Below are positions 51,598 through 64,000 of a stretch of DNA of 64,000 bases, piece by piece. The notes beneath the pieces are model-generated. The model did not search any database and had not been told where the DNA came from. It worked only from the letters and a program-made list of their open reading frames with translations. The translations under genes and the position numbers were made by a program. Positions within the stretch are counted from its first letter, which is position 1, and each line of letters starts with the position of its first letter. This DNA is from Eledone cirrhosa (Eukaryota): positions 209,002,001 through 209,066,000 of the forward strand of contig OZ024741.1 in NCBI GenBank assembly GCA_964016885.1. Direction: 5' to 3'.

Positions 51598-51814
51598 AAC
51601 GAAGGAAATGTGGTAAGGAACCAGATGGACCATAACGCACCAAAGTACTCAATACTTAGGGTAGTAGAGTGGGTAATAGGAACGAGTAGGACCCCGACGG
51701 CTGAGCTCAAGCCGTTTCGACGGCTAATTCTGGACTAAATTCTGGACCCATTTAGTCCAGAATTAGCCGTCGAAACGGCTTGAGCTCAGCCGTCGGGGTC
51801 CTACTCGTTCCTAT
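51598..51814. mobile_element. Palindromic mini-insert in (TA)n; same family as 63740-63900
   Basis: Perfect 65-bp arms 51676-51740 and 51750-51814 with a 9-nt spacer; the left extension matches the reverse complement of about 63830-63899. Confidence 0.8.
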
Positions 51815-51827
51815 ATATATATATATA

Positions 51828-52170
51828 TGGTGGTATTCCAATATAGATCCTGGTAAAGATGAGAGAAGCTCGATGCTATCCAGTTTCCTTGATACACCAG
51901 TAATCCGAAATCGGCTAACGACTTTCTCAGCTGTTGGAGATTGTGCTGTAGACTGTTAGGATACGGGCTGCAGAGCTCATAAATTATCAATAGAAAAAAA
52001 AACAAGTTATAGTTAAAACATATCTTTATTCTACATATGTTTCAACATAGAGAGGTGGGCCATACCACGATACATACGAGGTATTTGTTCATCGCTCTTC
52101 ATATGCTCAGATGTCTAGATATTGAATTGAAACATATGTAGAGTAAAGATCTTTTAAGTATAGCTTGTTT
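51828..52170. mobile_element. Mini-insert in (TA)n with imperfect inverted arms carrying a hammerhead 3' half
   Basis: Arms about 52000-52045 and 52127-52170; tt-GAA-ACATATGT-A-gagtaaag. Confidence 0.6.
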
Positions 52171-52565
52171 ATATATATATATTTATAGGCATATATATAC
52201 AGACATATAAAGATATATATATGAAAATATATATATATAAGAATATATATATAGGAATATATATACAGGCATATAAACATATATATATGTGTGTGTATGT
52301 ATATATATATTTCCCGGCGCCAAAGACTCTTCGTCCTCGAGGACACACCCTAATTTTGACAACCAAACATTTGAAAAAAATATATATATATGTATGTGTG
52401 TGTGTGTATGTATACATTTTTTGTCTCTCTGTCAGTCTGTCTTTTCCTTATACATTCTCAAACGCTCGCCCAAATCAAATCATATTTTACAAGGTAATGG
52501 TATTAGACCCCTGGATTAACATGTAATTTTTATTTTCATTTGGATTAAAACTATATAACATTTGA

Positions 52566-53457
52566 TCTAAAATACTCTACTATAGACTATAAGTAAATGG
52601 ACATTTTATAACACGACGACGACGTCACATTTTGTATATGAGTGTGAATGTGTCTGTGAGTGTGTGTGTGTGTGTGTTTGCACGTTCGTTTCGTACGTTA
52701 GGCCTTAGTAAGTTACATACATCTTCAAGTAAATATTTAATCAGATACACAGATAATTAAAGATACACACACATCTACACATACATATACATATGTGATA
52801 ACTGACAAGTATATGTGTGTGAGTGTATGTGAGAGTGTATGTGACGGCGACGTCACATTTTGCATATGAGTATTATGTGACTGTAAGTGTGTGGGTTTGT
52901 ACGTTCGTTACATACGTTAGGCCTTAGTAAGTTACATACATATACATCTTCACGTAAATATTTAATCAGATACGCAGAGAATTAAACACACACACACATC
53001 TACACATACATATACATATGTCATGACTGACAAGTATATGTGCATAAGTGTATGTGAGGTTGAATCTAAAGGCTTCAGTTACCAGTCAAACTAAGTTTTG
53101 TTATTTCAATTAACAAATCTCTGGGTCAATCCCTCAAGTCAGCTGGATTTGATCTCTCTACTACATGTTTCTCCCACTGTCAACTCTATGTTGGTTGCTC
53201 ACGAGCTGGAAGCAGCAACAATTTATTCATTTGGACACCAACAAAATATTGCACAATGAATATTGTTTACCCTGAGGTGCTTCAAGATTTGCAGTTATTC
53301 ATTTCTAAATTCTATTATCATTACAATTTTGATATTTTTTTAATAGAATATAGATATTTTGAAATAATTATGAGAAAAAATATATATCTTCATATTTATT
53401 GTTTACTATTCTAATAAGAACAGCAGTAACCCGAGCAACGCCAGGTCATTCAGCTAA
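52566..53457 (+). mobile_element. Probable non-autonomous Helitron with an internal approximately 225-bp tandem duplication
   Basis: 3' cccgagcaacgccagg...CTAA|t like the end at 13068-13095; about 52615-52840 repeats at about 52843-53060; 5' end uncertain. Confidence 0.55.
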
Positions 53458-53504
53458 TATATATATATATATGCGCATTTTAACGCCTCTTGAAAAAATA
53501 TTAT

Positions 53505-53690
53505 TGGATTGGCAGTATCGGTAGAGCATCAGACACCATGCTTTGCAGCATAGAGTTATGACCTTTACGTTATGAGTTCAAATCCCGCCGAGATTAACTT
53601 TGTCTTTCATCCTTACGGGGTCGATAAAATAAAGCACCAGTAATGCACTGGGGAAATTGCTGGTCTTGTGCCAAAAGTAGAAACAATTAT
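53505..53690 (+). mobile_element. Meta-type tRNA SINE
   Basis: tggcagtatcgg A box, gagttcaaatccc B box, tttcatccttacggggtcgataaaataaagcaccag. Confidence 0.75.
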
Positions 53691-53865
53691 TAAATATTCA
53701 CTTTGCGCGAATAACGCGCTATAAAACGTGTGGTTTTTATTTCTTTTATTTATCAGAAATATTAGACTTGAATTTCGCGAATTTGACGAACGCATCTTCG
53801 CGTAAGAAGCGAACACTGTACGAATATATATATTTATATACCTATATATGTGTGTGTGTACATAA

Positions 53866-53919
<54 letters not shown>

Positions 53920-53989
53920 AAGAGAGAGAGAGAGAGAGGGGTATAAATCAGATCGCAATGCCAAACGGTTTCGGCTTTTGTTCAGCAGA

Positions 53990-54091
<102 letters not shown>

Positions 54092-54526
54092 TTGTACGTG
54101 TCTGATGATAACCTCCCTTTGGGTTATATTTGTACTTGGGAATCTTCATAAAAAACCTGGACAATGACAATGCGTCACCCACTTATTAAAAAGAATCAAA
54201 TAAACTGCATGTAAATTAACATTTATTACGGTAGTAACAAAATACAAATATGATAAGAAAGCAAAACAAAAGTTATAATTTTAAAGATTTTTTTTTATAA
54301 TTAGAGTTTTAAACAAGATTCGTTTACTTTTCATGGGGAGAAAGAGAATCTATTTCGTTTTTCGTATTTTGTAAAAAAGTAAAATTCAACTGTAGAATAA
54401 TATTTCGTTTATTTCCTTTATTTCATGCTGTTTTTCTAGTTATGAAAATAATGTTTTATATAATTATTTATTTCTAATAAAAATCATAGAATGAAAATTA
54501 TAATTGCATATTTCTATCCTAACTGG

Positions 54527-54690
54527 AAAGGCGGTGAGTTGACAGAGTCGTTAGAACGCCGGACAGAATGCTTTGTAGTATTCATATCGGTTCTCTTCTC
54601 TCTGAGTTTAAATCCCGCCAAGGTTAACTTTGCTTTTCATCTATTCATGGTTGATAAAAAAAAAATACCAGTCAAGTACTGGAGTCAATT
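54527..54690 (+). mobile_element. Meta-type tRNA SINE, diverged
   Basis: aaggcggtgagttgacagagtcg...gagtttaaatcccgcc...tttcatctattcatggttgataaa. Confidence 0.6.
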
Positions 54691-56050
54691 CTTTTTCTAT
54701 ATCTTTTCCTCGCTTCTTTTCTCTTTCTCCCTCTATCCTTCTCTGGAAGAAATCTGCTGTATTCAGGTCTGGAGAGGAGATCGGCTCCACAAGGTTTTTA
54801 AAATGCCCTAGAAACACCGTATCTTAATATGGCGCCCCTACGACTCCCCAGGAGTTACGTGGCGATACCATACCATCTTAACTGGATTTCGTCCGAATGA
54901 TGCGAAATTCAAATTAATTTGTAATGATGGGGGGTCACCATTATGTAACGAATAGATGTAGTCTTTGCAGAATGAATGATAAAATGAATGATGCAAGAAT
55001 TTTGATGTTGTTGGCAACGTTTATTTTATAATAATAAAATTCACTTGTTGGTGCATCGAATACTGAGTAATAAGATCGTGACAGTAATTATCACTACATT
55101 AATTTCTTACTAGCTACTTCGAGCTAGCGTAAATGCATGTATCAAATAAAACGATAGAGTAGAAGTTATGTTGTATTTTTCAGTAGTAGAGAAATGACAA
55201 GGAAGGCTAAAGGATAGATAAGTATAGAAGGGAACAATATAAGGAAACGTATTGTGTGCGTGTGTGTTTATCCTTAGCATACGTGGTTCCTGTAGTAGTG
55301 GTCAATCTGTCGAGCTGGTATGAATGGGAGAGAATAGTGGGTAGAAGACTGTATTGGTGAAGAGAAATTCATAACGTTAGCAGAACGTTCTCTGTTCTCT
55401 GTGTTATCACTATCTCTGGTTCGGTTCTCGAAGCGATTGTATTTATAATAATACTATAGCTAGAAGGATACGTATATTGTTTTTTATTTAATAGCAGCCA
55501 TGTGTATTTCGTCTGTCAAGTGTCCGGGATCACAGGTCAAGTGGCATATACGTTTATCATAGTTGTCTTTTGACAGGACAATGGTGAGAATTCCTAACAA
55601 TAGGTGGTTTTAGAGGCGAGAAATTTTAGATTCGATTTCAAATTTTCGCCAGGTAAAACATGGTAGAATTCTGTTACAAATTTATGAAAACGAAGATGAC
55701 AGATTCTGCCTTCTAAGTTCTAATCCCACCCAGGTAAACGTTTCATCTTTTGGGGGCTTGATAAATAAGGTACTATTCCGAGGAGAATATATTTGTAGCG
55801 AGACAGGATAGTACTATTTTATCGCTGTGGCATAATTTGGTCGTGATTGGTCAGTCGCCAGCCCTATAAGGTTGGTGTTGTATGAATACCAATAATATTC
55901 ATTTCGCTGGCATCTGCATACAGAAAATCTTGCTGCATACATTTTGTAACGTATTCAAAACAATCAAAGGAATAAATTATTTGTATAAAAAATCTACGCC
56001 TTCTAATCCAATGGAACACTTCTTATACATCTCCATCTTCCTAAAGTGTC

Positions 56051-56474
56051 AATCGTGCTAAATAATTGTTTCTACGTTAGGCACAAGGCCAGCAATTACC
56101 CAGTGCATTACTGGTACTTTATTTTATCGACCCCGTAAGGATGAAAGGCAAAGTTAACCTTGGCAGGATTTGAACTCAGAATGGCAAGGGCTGTCACTCT
56201 ATACGTCAAAGCATGGCGTCCGACCCTCTACCGATACTGCCAATTCACCGCCCTTAATCGTGCTAAATAATTGTTTCTACTTTAGGCACAAGGCCAGCAA
56301 TTACTCAGTGCATTACTGGTACTTTATTTTATCGACCCCGTAAGGATGAAAGGCAAAGTTAACCTCGGCGGGATTTGAACTCAGATCGTAAAGGGACGTA
56401 ACTATGCTGGAAAGCATGGCGTCCGACCCTCTACCGATACTACCAATCCACCGCCATTAATCGTGCTAAATAAT
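56051..56474 (-). mobile_element. Tandem dimer of Meta-type SINEs
   Basis: Two approximately 205-bp units; aatcgtgctaaataat occurs at about 56051, 56257 and 56459. Confidence 0.8.
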
Positions 56475-56612
56475 GACCACAAAAAATTGACTGCAATGTT
56501 AAAACATCAGATGAGATATATTGCAGTATATATTCCGAAAATTGTCAGAAAAATAGCTGACGCTTCGACGAGGTATTGCAATATTTCCTTGGTTCGACCT
56601 AACGGCACCTTA

Positions 56613-56732
<120 letters not shown>

Positions 56733-56760
56733 ATCAAAAGATGGTTAAAAGAGTTCCATA

Positions 56761-56831
56761 TATTTTATTATGCGCATTTCAAAAACAAATATCATCATGC
56801 AATAACATTTGTGTTTTCATCAGATAAAATA
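56761..56831 (-). ncRNA. Type-I hammerhead, inverted arm
   Basis: Reverse complement of 56956-57026. Confidence 0.85.
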
Positions 56832-56955
56832 GGAAGACATGATATGAAGGTTATAAACACTTGTGGATAGTGCAGTTTTAAATCAACATATGTTGATATG
56901 TTGATTTAAAACTGCACTATCCACAAGTGTTTTTAACCTTCATATCATGTCTTCC

Positions 56956-57026
56956 TATTTTATCTGATGAAAACACAAATGTTATTGCATGATGATATTT
57001 GTTTTTGAAATGCGCATAATAAAATA
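56956..57026 (+). ncRNA. Type-I hammerhead ribozyme
   Basis: tattttat-CTGATGA-aaacacaaatgtt...gatatttgttttt-GAA-ATGCGCAT-A-ataaaata; perfect 8-bp stem I, palindromic stem III. Confidence 0.88.
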
Positions 57027-57150
57027 CATGGAACTCTTTTAACCATCTTTTGATCTTATATATTATGTATACTCCAGTCCTACAAACTGTAGAGTGCTTC
57101 TTATCCGATATCTGCATTGCTTTATTGTACTACAATAAAACTCACCTCCT

Positions 57151-57227
<77 letters not shown>

Positions 57228-57416
57228 GGGATACTATTTATGGTTATGTATATATCAAAACTTTTTATAGTTATGTATATTTTAAACCCTAAACAGTGAA
57301 GGTCAGTAATTTATTACTACCTTATTACCAGTAAGATAAATAGCTCAATGTAATAACATAAATTGTTCTACAGAGCAGTTATATAGAATTCAATTATGTG
57401 TACAAACATTGAAAAA

Positions 57417-57463
57417 TGCTCCGAAGACCCCAAGCCTAGGTTTGGATGAAACAATTGTAAGTG
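57417..57463 (+). ncRNA. Variant hammerhead (C at position 4) in an approximately 280-bp insert between (TA)n tracts
   Basis: tgct-CCGAAGA-cc-CCAAGCC(ta)GGTTTGG-at-GAA-ACAATTGT-A-agtg. Confidence 0.6.
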
Positions 57464-57780
57464 AATAAATGCTTTGAACATAGCTTTGATTCTCGTGAAT
57501 TCTATATATATATATATATATATATACAAAATTTAGTACAGCATCAACGAAGCTCTGGTTGCAGCCAAGCTAACGAATGCAGTCTCGGTGTGCAGCTAAG
57601 CACTCAATAGGGTATATTACCCTAGAGTAGAGTTATAACATTACGTTTAGACAGCTTTGCAAATCGAATACAGCGACCGATAGACGGGCCGCAGTGACCA
57701 TAGCGACGAAAAAAACTGAACCCAGGAAAAAATATTTTGACTAACCTGGACCATCGCGTCGATATCCTACACAACATATA

Positions 57781-57859
<79 letters not shown>

Positions 57860-58424
57860 GTGTGTGTGTGTGTGTGTACAGAGAAAGAAGGGGAGAAAGT
57901 GAGAGAGAAACAAACAGCAGAAACATTGGGAGGTAAACAGAGAATTAAGTGTGCGTGTGGGCTATATATGTATGCGTATATATATATATGTGTGTGTGTG
58001 CGTGTGTGTGTGTGTGCGTGTGTGTGTGTGCGTGTGTGTTTCTGTGCGTGCGTGTGTGTGTGTGTGTCGTTCTAGGTTATAAAGCTGTCTGTTTTTTAAT
58101 GTTCATACTTATATTAAAACCTTCATAATTTTATGTAAAACATTTTTTATTCAGTTATCTTTTAAACTACCAGTTTGAATAGATAATATGAAAGTTAGTT
58201 ATATTACAAATTTCTACTAAAGTTTTTATTCTTTTCAAGCAGTGACTTCCATGAGAAATATGGTAACGAAAGGGTTAAAGGTAAAAGTGCCTGAAATAGT
58301 CAGCTACATTATAATTCAAGCAATGAATAATTCAAATGCTCAAATAACTGGAATATTGCAGACGATAGAGGATCCATTTCTTTTTGTGTTTGAATGTATG
58401 TATGTGTATTCTCAGGTAATATTA

Positions 58425-58680
58425 ATTGTTTCTACATTCGGCACAAGGTCACCAATTTGAAGGGGGGGAGAAAAGTCGATTAAATCGATCTCAGTGTATT
58501 ACTGGCTCTTTATTTTATCGACCCCCGTAAGGATGAAAGGTAAGTCGTACCTCGGCAGCAATTTGATGAAAGATAAATCTCACCAAGGCCAGAAATTTGA
58601 AAGTGAGGTGGGGGAAAGTCGTTTAAATCGACTGTGCCCCCCTCAATTTCAAATTGCTGGCCTTGTTCCAAATACAGAAC
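58425..58680. mobile_element. Cluster of Meta-type SINE 3' fragments in both orientations
   Basis: ttgtttctacattcggcacaagg, ttttatcgacccccgtaaggatgaaagg, aattgctggccttgt. Confidence 0.6.
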
Positions 58681-59217
58681 CGAATAATAATAATGATGAT
58701 CATGATGATGATCATGATCAAAATGATGATCATGATCATCATGATCATCATCATGATCATAATAATCATGATCATCATCATCATCATCATGAGGTGGAGG
58801 AGGATTTTTTAAAAATAAATAAAACAAAACAGAGAAAGACAATAGAGTGTGTGTTGTAATAGTGGAAAAAAAGAAACAAAACAAGAAAACAGACATGAGG
58901 GAAATGACGTTGGTAGGACGGGATTATCGCTGAAGCAAGACAGAGGAAGTGTGGCATCCCGGGAACGGATTAGGATGTCTCAGATAAAAATACAAAACTA
59001 AAAGGAAAAACGGAATACAAAATCATGAAAAATTTAAAGTAAAACAATTCTACTGAGATACCGCCAAAGATAAGGGATGGAGAAGTTGTTGATAAAGAAT
59101 GTAACTATATGGTAGAGGGTAGGGAAATAAGAGAGGTAATGGTGTGTTGGTGATGAGTGTGTCTCTGTGTGTGTGTGTGTGTGTGTGAAGCGAGAGAAGG
59201 AATAGTAATCGTACAAC

Positions 59218-59312
<95 letters not shown>

Positions 59313-59334
59313 CAGCAGCAGCAGTAGTAGTAGT

Positions 59335-59403
<69 letters not shown>

Positions 59404-60024
59404 TGTTGTTGTTGTTGTTGTTGTTGCTGTATCCCTTTTTAAAACGGTAAGGGTGTGATTTGATGCCTATTGTCTATTTCTAGCTGATACAGAGACCACT
59501 CGGAGGTTCCTCCAATTGTTTATACTCAAGATTCCTCTTCAAAACAGAAAATCACTGCTGATCATGATGCTGAGGAATTTGTCCAAGACGAGTAAAGAGA
59601 AAGATGGTTTATCATAAAAAGCGGCGAAACATTCGAAGGAAGCCCCCATCTAATGTGTTGAGTGATGTGGCTGCCATCGCCCGGGGTAGGGAATGTGAAA
59701 GTCTCTCACTCGTCCTCAATACCAAGGACGACTCTTATAAATCCATACAGCAATACAGTAACCAATGCGATACCAGGGTGACATTCAGGAGTATTTGCAC
59801 TGACAATGACACCTAGCTCGCAGTCTCTTTCTAATGCAATATAGACAGGTGGTGAGTGCGGACAAGATGGAAAATTATGTGTGGACGTACACGTTTTAAT
59901 GACCTCTAGAAATGTCTCAACATGGGTTGAGAAATAATAACTCCAAGACTAGGATAATAAAGCAACCATATTGATACAGCATTTGTTGTGGTCTCAATAC
60001 CAGGAGAATGTGCAGGACAGAATT

Positions 60025-60350
60025 TTTATCCTTACTGGGGTCGATGAAATAAAGTACCAGTAACACACTGGAGTCGAATTGATTGACATTTCCCTTCCCT
60101 TCAAGTCGCTGGTCTTGTGCCAAATGTAGAAGCAATTATTTTGGCAGTATCGGTAGGGTGTCGGACGCCATGCTTTGCTGCAAGGAGTTACAGCCCTTTA
60201 CATTCTGAGTTCAAATCCTGCCGAGGTTGGCTTTATCTTTCATCCTTATGGGGTCGATAAAATAACGTAAAATAATGCAGTGGTCGATTTAATTGACCCC
60301 CCCCCCCCCCTTAAATTGCTGACAATGTGCCTAAAGTAGAAACAATTATT
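60025..60350 (+). mobile_element. Two adjacent Meta-type SINE copies
   Basis: atccttactggggtcgatgaaataaagtaccag, then a fuller copy starting tggcagtatcgg at about 60142. Confidence 0.7.
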
Positions 60351-60479
60351 ATTATCATCTTGGTTGTTCATTCTTTCAAGATATGGTTCATATCGCTCGT
60401 GTAAGTTTATTCTCTTTTCCCAATTATTCAACCATTTTGCATTGAAATTTTGTTATTGCTTTGAAGTTAAGCGAACCTG

Positions 60480-61990
60480 TATCTTAGTGAGCTGGTTTGT
60501 TTAGCTCTACTTGAAAGTCTTCGGAGCTAAATCTGTGTTTGTTTTTCAAAGACGCTCCTCAATTTTCTGCGAAAATTAAGATGTTGCGTCCGCTAAACAA
60601 GGATGTTGTGTCCGCTAAACGGAATGGCGTGCTGTCCATAGAGTGGAACAGTCAAAATTCTGAAAACAATGACAGCAGCAGCAGTAATGACACCACCCCC
60701 AGCAGTGGCAGCAGCAGCAGTGGTAACAACAGCAGCAGCTGCAATGACACCGCCTCAACCAGCAGTAGCAACAGCAGCAACAACAACAGCAAAAGCATCA
60801 ATATCGACAACAACAGCAACAATAAAAAAATCTTTTACCGCGACCCCGGCAAAAAATACCGTTTATTATCAAATGGATATTTCAGGGGGAAAAACGCGTC
60901 TAGCAGATGCTAGAAAGTTAATAGATTTCGAAAATAACACGGCACACATAAATGTTCCCCCGGAGGTTTTGGTAGACATCGAAAAGTGCACTATCACCTA
61001 CAAATAGGCATCAAGACCAGGAAGCAAGAACTAGCTCAGCCATCACGCGTAGAGGCAGCTCTGAAGGACTTAATGCCAAACAGAGCACATTGAGAAAGTG
61101 AGGAAATATACGTGCATCTCGGTGCTCTTCTGAAGCGAAGCCCTCGCAAAAAGATATTCAGTCCTTCCAATGCAAGCGAAGGACTTTGTTCTATTCCCTT
61201 CCCACATGGGAACCAGAAAAATAACAATCAAAATAGACAGTATCTCGCCAGTAATTGACATCTGGTGGGCAAGCATTGCACTTGAGGACAAAGAAATCCT
61301 CCCGAAGGTAAAAAGAACCCAGGGGGAATCCTGGCCGAGAATCTGCCTAGGACTACTGCTCCAGATCAAAGCGGAAAAAATGACAGGTTCACCGACCTCA
61401 TCACCCTTCTGGGCAGAAGAGAAGTGAGGGTCTTCGTGGAGGGAAAAAAACTGCTGTCATCTGTGTGGCCAAACCACACATTTAAGAGCTTTCTGCCATC
61501 TTCAGAAGAGAGTGGAACCCGCAACACAGCACGGCGGTCAACACCCGAGCCCCAACAGCAACAACAACAACAACAGCCACAAAAACCAACAGCAACGGAA
61601 CAATCCAGGAGGCAGCAACAACACCAACACCGGTACTTGCTAGAAGAAAATCACCCCCAACATCAACACCAACAAGACCTTCTTTTGGTCAGGAAGGTCA
61701 AGCAATTTTCCTCTGTGAAAGAAGTTGTATGGTGGGCCAGATTGAAAGGACTGAAGAGAGTCACTTTTCTCTTCGGCCAATCCTTCATCAACTTTTTCAA
61801 GTATCACTTGGAAAGAAAGGTGAGGGTGGAGCCAATTTGCTAAAATGTGGGTGAATGTTGCAAGAATGGCCCGCGTGAAGAGTGCGCCTGTAGAGTGTCT
61901 GTTTTGAAAAGGAAAGGGGTGCCCTTCCCGTGTGCTCTCTGCACAAGAATGTGGTTGGCAGGATGAATAGAGTACAGGAATATATTACCT
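60480..61990 (+). mobile_element. Old internally deleted Tx1-like relic (ORF1 fragments fused to the ORF2 3' end)
   Basis: RVFVEG and low-complexity Thr/Gln tracts like T1 ORF1; VKEVVWWARLKGLK..FFKYHLERKVRVE matches the T1/T2 ORF2 end. Confidence 0.65.
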
Positions 61991-63082
61991 TGATCTATAT
62001 TTTCGATACCTTCTGAGTTCAAATGCTACCAGTTTGACTTTTTTCATTCTTCCAAGGCCATTAAGTAGCTGTCATGTACTGAGATTTGTCGCAGTGAATA
62101 GATTACGGCGCCTTCTCCTCCTCCTCCTCCTCCTGCTCATCATCATCATCATCATCATCATCATAGTCGTCGTCGTCGTCGTCGTCGTCGTCATCATCGT
62201 CATCAGCGTCGTCATCGTCGTAGTCATCATTGTCATCAGCGTCGTCATCGTCATCAGCGTCGTCGTCGTCATCATCATCATCATCTTCTCTATCGAATTT
62301 CAACCTTGGCTCTATGTTAGAAATCGATTCTATTTTAGAATTTTATATGAAAAGGGAGAAGCCAGAAAGATGTGGGTGAGAAAAAGAGAAGAAAGTGGAA
62401 GAGTAATATTGAAAAAGAAGGAGTTAAAGTGGGAGGAGAGGGAAAGCTGGGGAATTGGAAGGTAGGAGTGAGGTAGTTTTCCTTATAAAAATTTAAAAAA
62501 TTAACAAAAAATATTTTCAGAAAATAAAATAGACATATAAACGGATCAGAACAGTTTTTCTATGATTTATGATTACAAAACAAACAGCTGAGTCTAGTTC
62601 ATGCGTCAGATTGAATTAAATAACTTATCTTCCATTCCAAAACCATCCAGCAACTGCTTTGGCGGAAGTCCACATCTCCTTTATCTTAACTTTTCATCTC
62701 TCTGTGTTTCGGTCTGTCTGTCATTAAGTTGGTCTGTCTGTGCGTCTGTCTCCCTCTTTGTGTTCGTCGGTTGTCTATCTGTCGGTGTGCCTGTATGTTT
62801 GTTTCTCTTTGTGTTGGTCAGTTGTCTCTCTGTTTGGTGTGTCTGCTCGCTGATACGTCTATCTGCCTATCTACATGCCCAATTCTATAAACAAATTATA
62901 AGCAAACTATTTTATTTCTGACAGCCACGCATACTTAACACACACACACACACGCATAAATATAAGCAAACTATTTTATTTCTGACAGCCACGCATACTT
63001 AACACACACACACACACGCATAAACATATATGCAGCCCACATATATACAGACTAATCCACATGCATACGTTACATACATATA

Positions 63083-63623
63083 TGATGACTGCCCCCTCGT
63101 TATCGAATATGGCCATTGCACGTTATACCATTATTAATAATTATTAATTAATTCTATCGTGCAATGCCTGTGCGTGAAGATTTTTTTTAAAGTGAGGAAA
63201 GACTGTGCACTAAAGCAATCCCACTCTCTGAGCGACAGTAGCTATAACCCGAAAAGAAGAAAAGATCAACATCATCGCTAACTACTGAGCCGCAGGTTTT
63301 ATATCGGTGTTATCCCAGTTTCCAGAGTTGGCTTCTCCCTCCTAGAAGAATGCCCTGAGAAAGGCTAGGGGTCCTTCACTCACAGTGGTTTAACCGCGCG
63401 GTACATGTGTATATACATATTTACACACTTTCGGATGGCCGTTGACTCTTATGAGTTCTTCTGCCCTTTGTCAGGTTTTGTTTTTTGTCCTGCAGGGTGT
63501 CCAAAATCACCCTCCTCACCAAGTAAACTTGGTGGGGTTGCCGGTTTAGTCGCCGACGACCCGACCATGCGACAGGTTGTACTGGGTTACATGTTACCAG
63601 TAGCACTCAAGAGTGACCCGACA
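63083..63623 (-). mobile_element. RTE-tailed non-autonomous family: 5' head (63425-63623) and probable 3' part (63083-63260), in (CATA)n
   Basis: Head is the reverse complement of about 35805-36000; tail reads gcagtcatcat-atatgtatg on the minus strand. Confidence 0.6.
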
Positions 63624-63739
63624 TACATACATACATGCATACATACATACATACATACATACATACATACATACATACATACATACATACATACATACAT
63701 ACATAGTTATATTAATTTAGTTCGATTCATATATATATA

Positions 63740-63905
63740 TAGGAAAAGGTTCAGGACCCCGACGGCAGAGTTCAAGAAATAGCCGCCGAAACGGCTTGAG
63801 TTCTGCCGCAGGTGTGCTGAACCTTTTCCTATTAACCACTCTACTACCCAAAGTATTGAGTATTCTAGTGCGTTATGGTCCACCTGGTTCCCTACCACAC
63901 ATCCT
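63740..63905. mobile_element. Palindromic mini-insert next to (TA)n; family of 51598-51814
   Basis: aggaaaaggttcag...cggcagagttcaag pairs imperfectly with cttgagttctgccg...ctgaaccttttcct, around aaatagccgccgaaacgg. Confidence 0.7.
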
Positions 63906-64000
63906 ATGTTGAAAACATAGTATAGTATTACTGTTGAAAATATATAGTATAGTATAATATATATAGTATAGTATAATATATATAGTATAGTATAATAGAT

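Noticed and set aside
58494-58896. His/Asp-rich ORFs (also 62034-62465) as metal-binding proteins
   Set aside because: They derive from degenerate (GAT/CAT)n and (GTC)n trinucleotide repeats next to SINE debris

Overview
This is AT-rich eukaryotic DNA, saturated with microsatellites and made almost entirely of transposable elements. I found no convincing host gene. The SINE families and repeat content suggest an invertebrate, probably a cephalopod such as Octopus (inference). Contents: (i) at least five coding families of Penelope-like elements (PLEs; RT plus C-terminal GIY-YIG), all abutting (TA)n tracts and often arranged as an inverted pseudo-LTR (pLTR) joined to a 5'-truncated body; (ii) two long Tx1/L1-clade LINEs and a relic; (iii) two R4/Dong-type RLE LINE families, one sitting in (TAA)n and one in (CATA)n; (iv) RTE and CRE fragments, an RTE-tailed non-autonomous family, tRNA-derived SINEs, non-autonomous Helitrons and a Tc1/mariner-type MITE. 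The most striking signal is about 15 minimal type-I hammerhead ribozyme (HHR) motifs or half-motifs, including core variants (U3/A8, C4, A4). Several lie in tiny ORF-less palindromic inserts inside (TA)n whose inversion junction falls in the predicted stem II or another self-complementary stretch. This points to hairpin-guided joining of two cDNAs, or to a class of ribozyme-bearing mini-elements mobilised by PLEs. All structures were read by eye, family names come from recognising motifs rather than database searches, and element ends are approximate.
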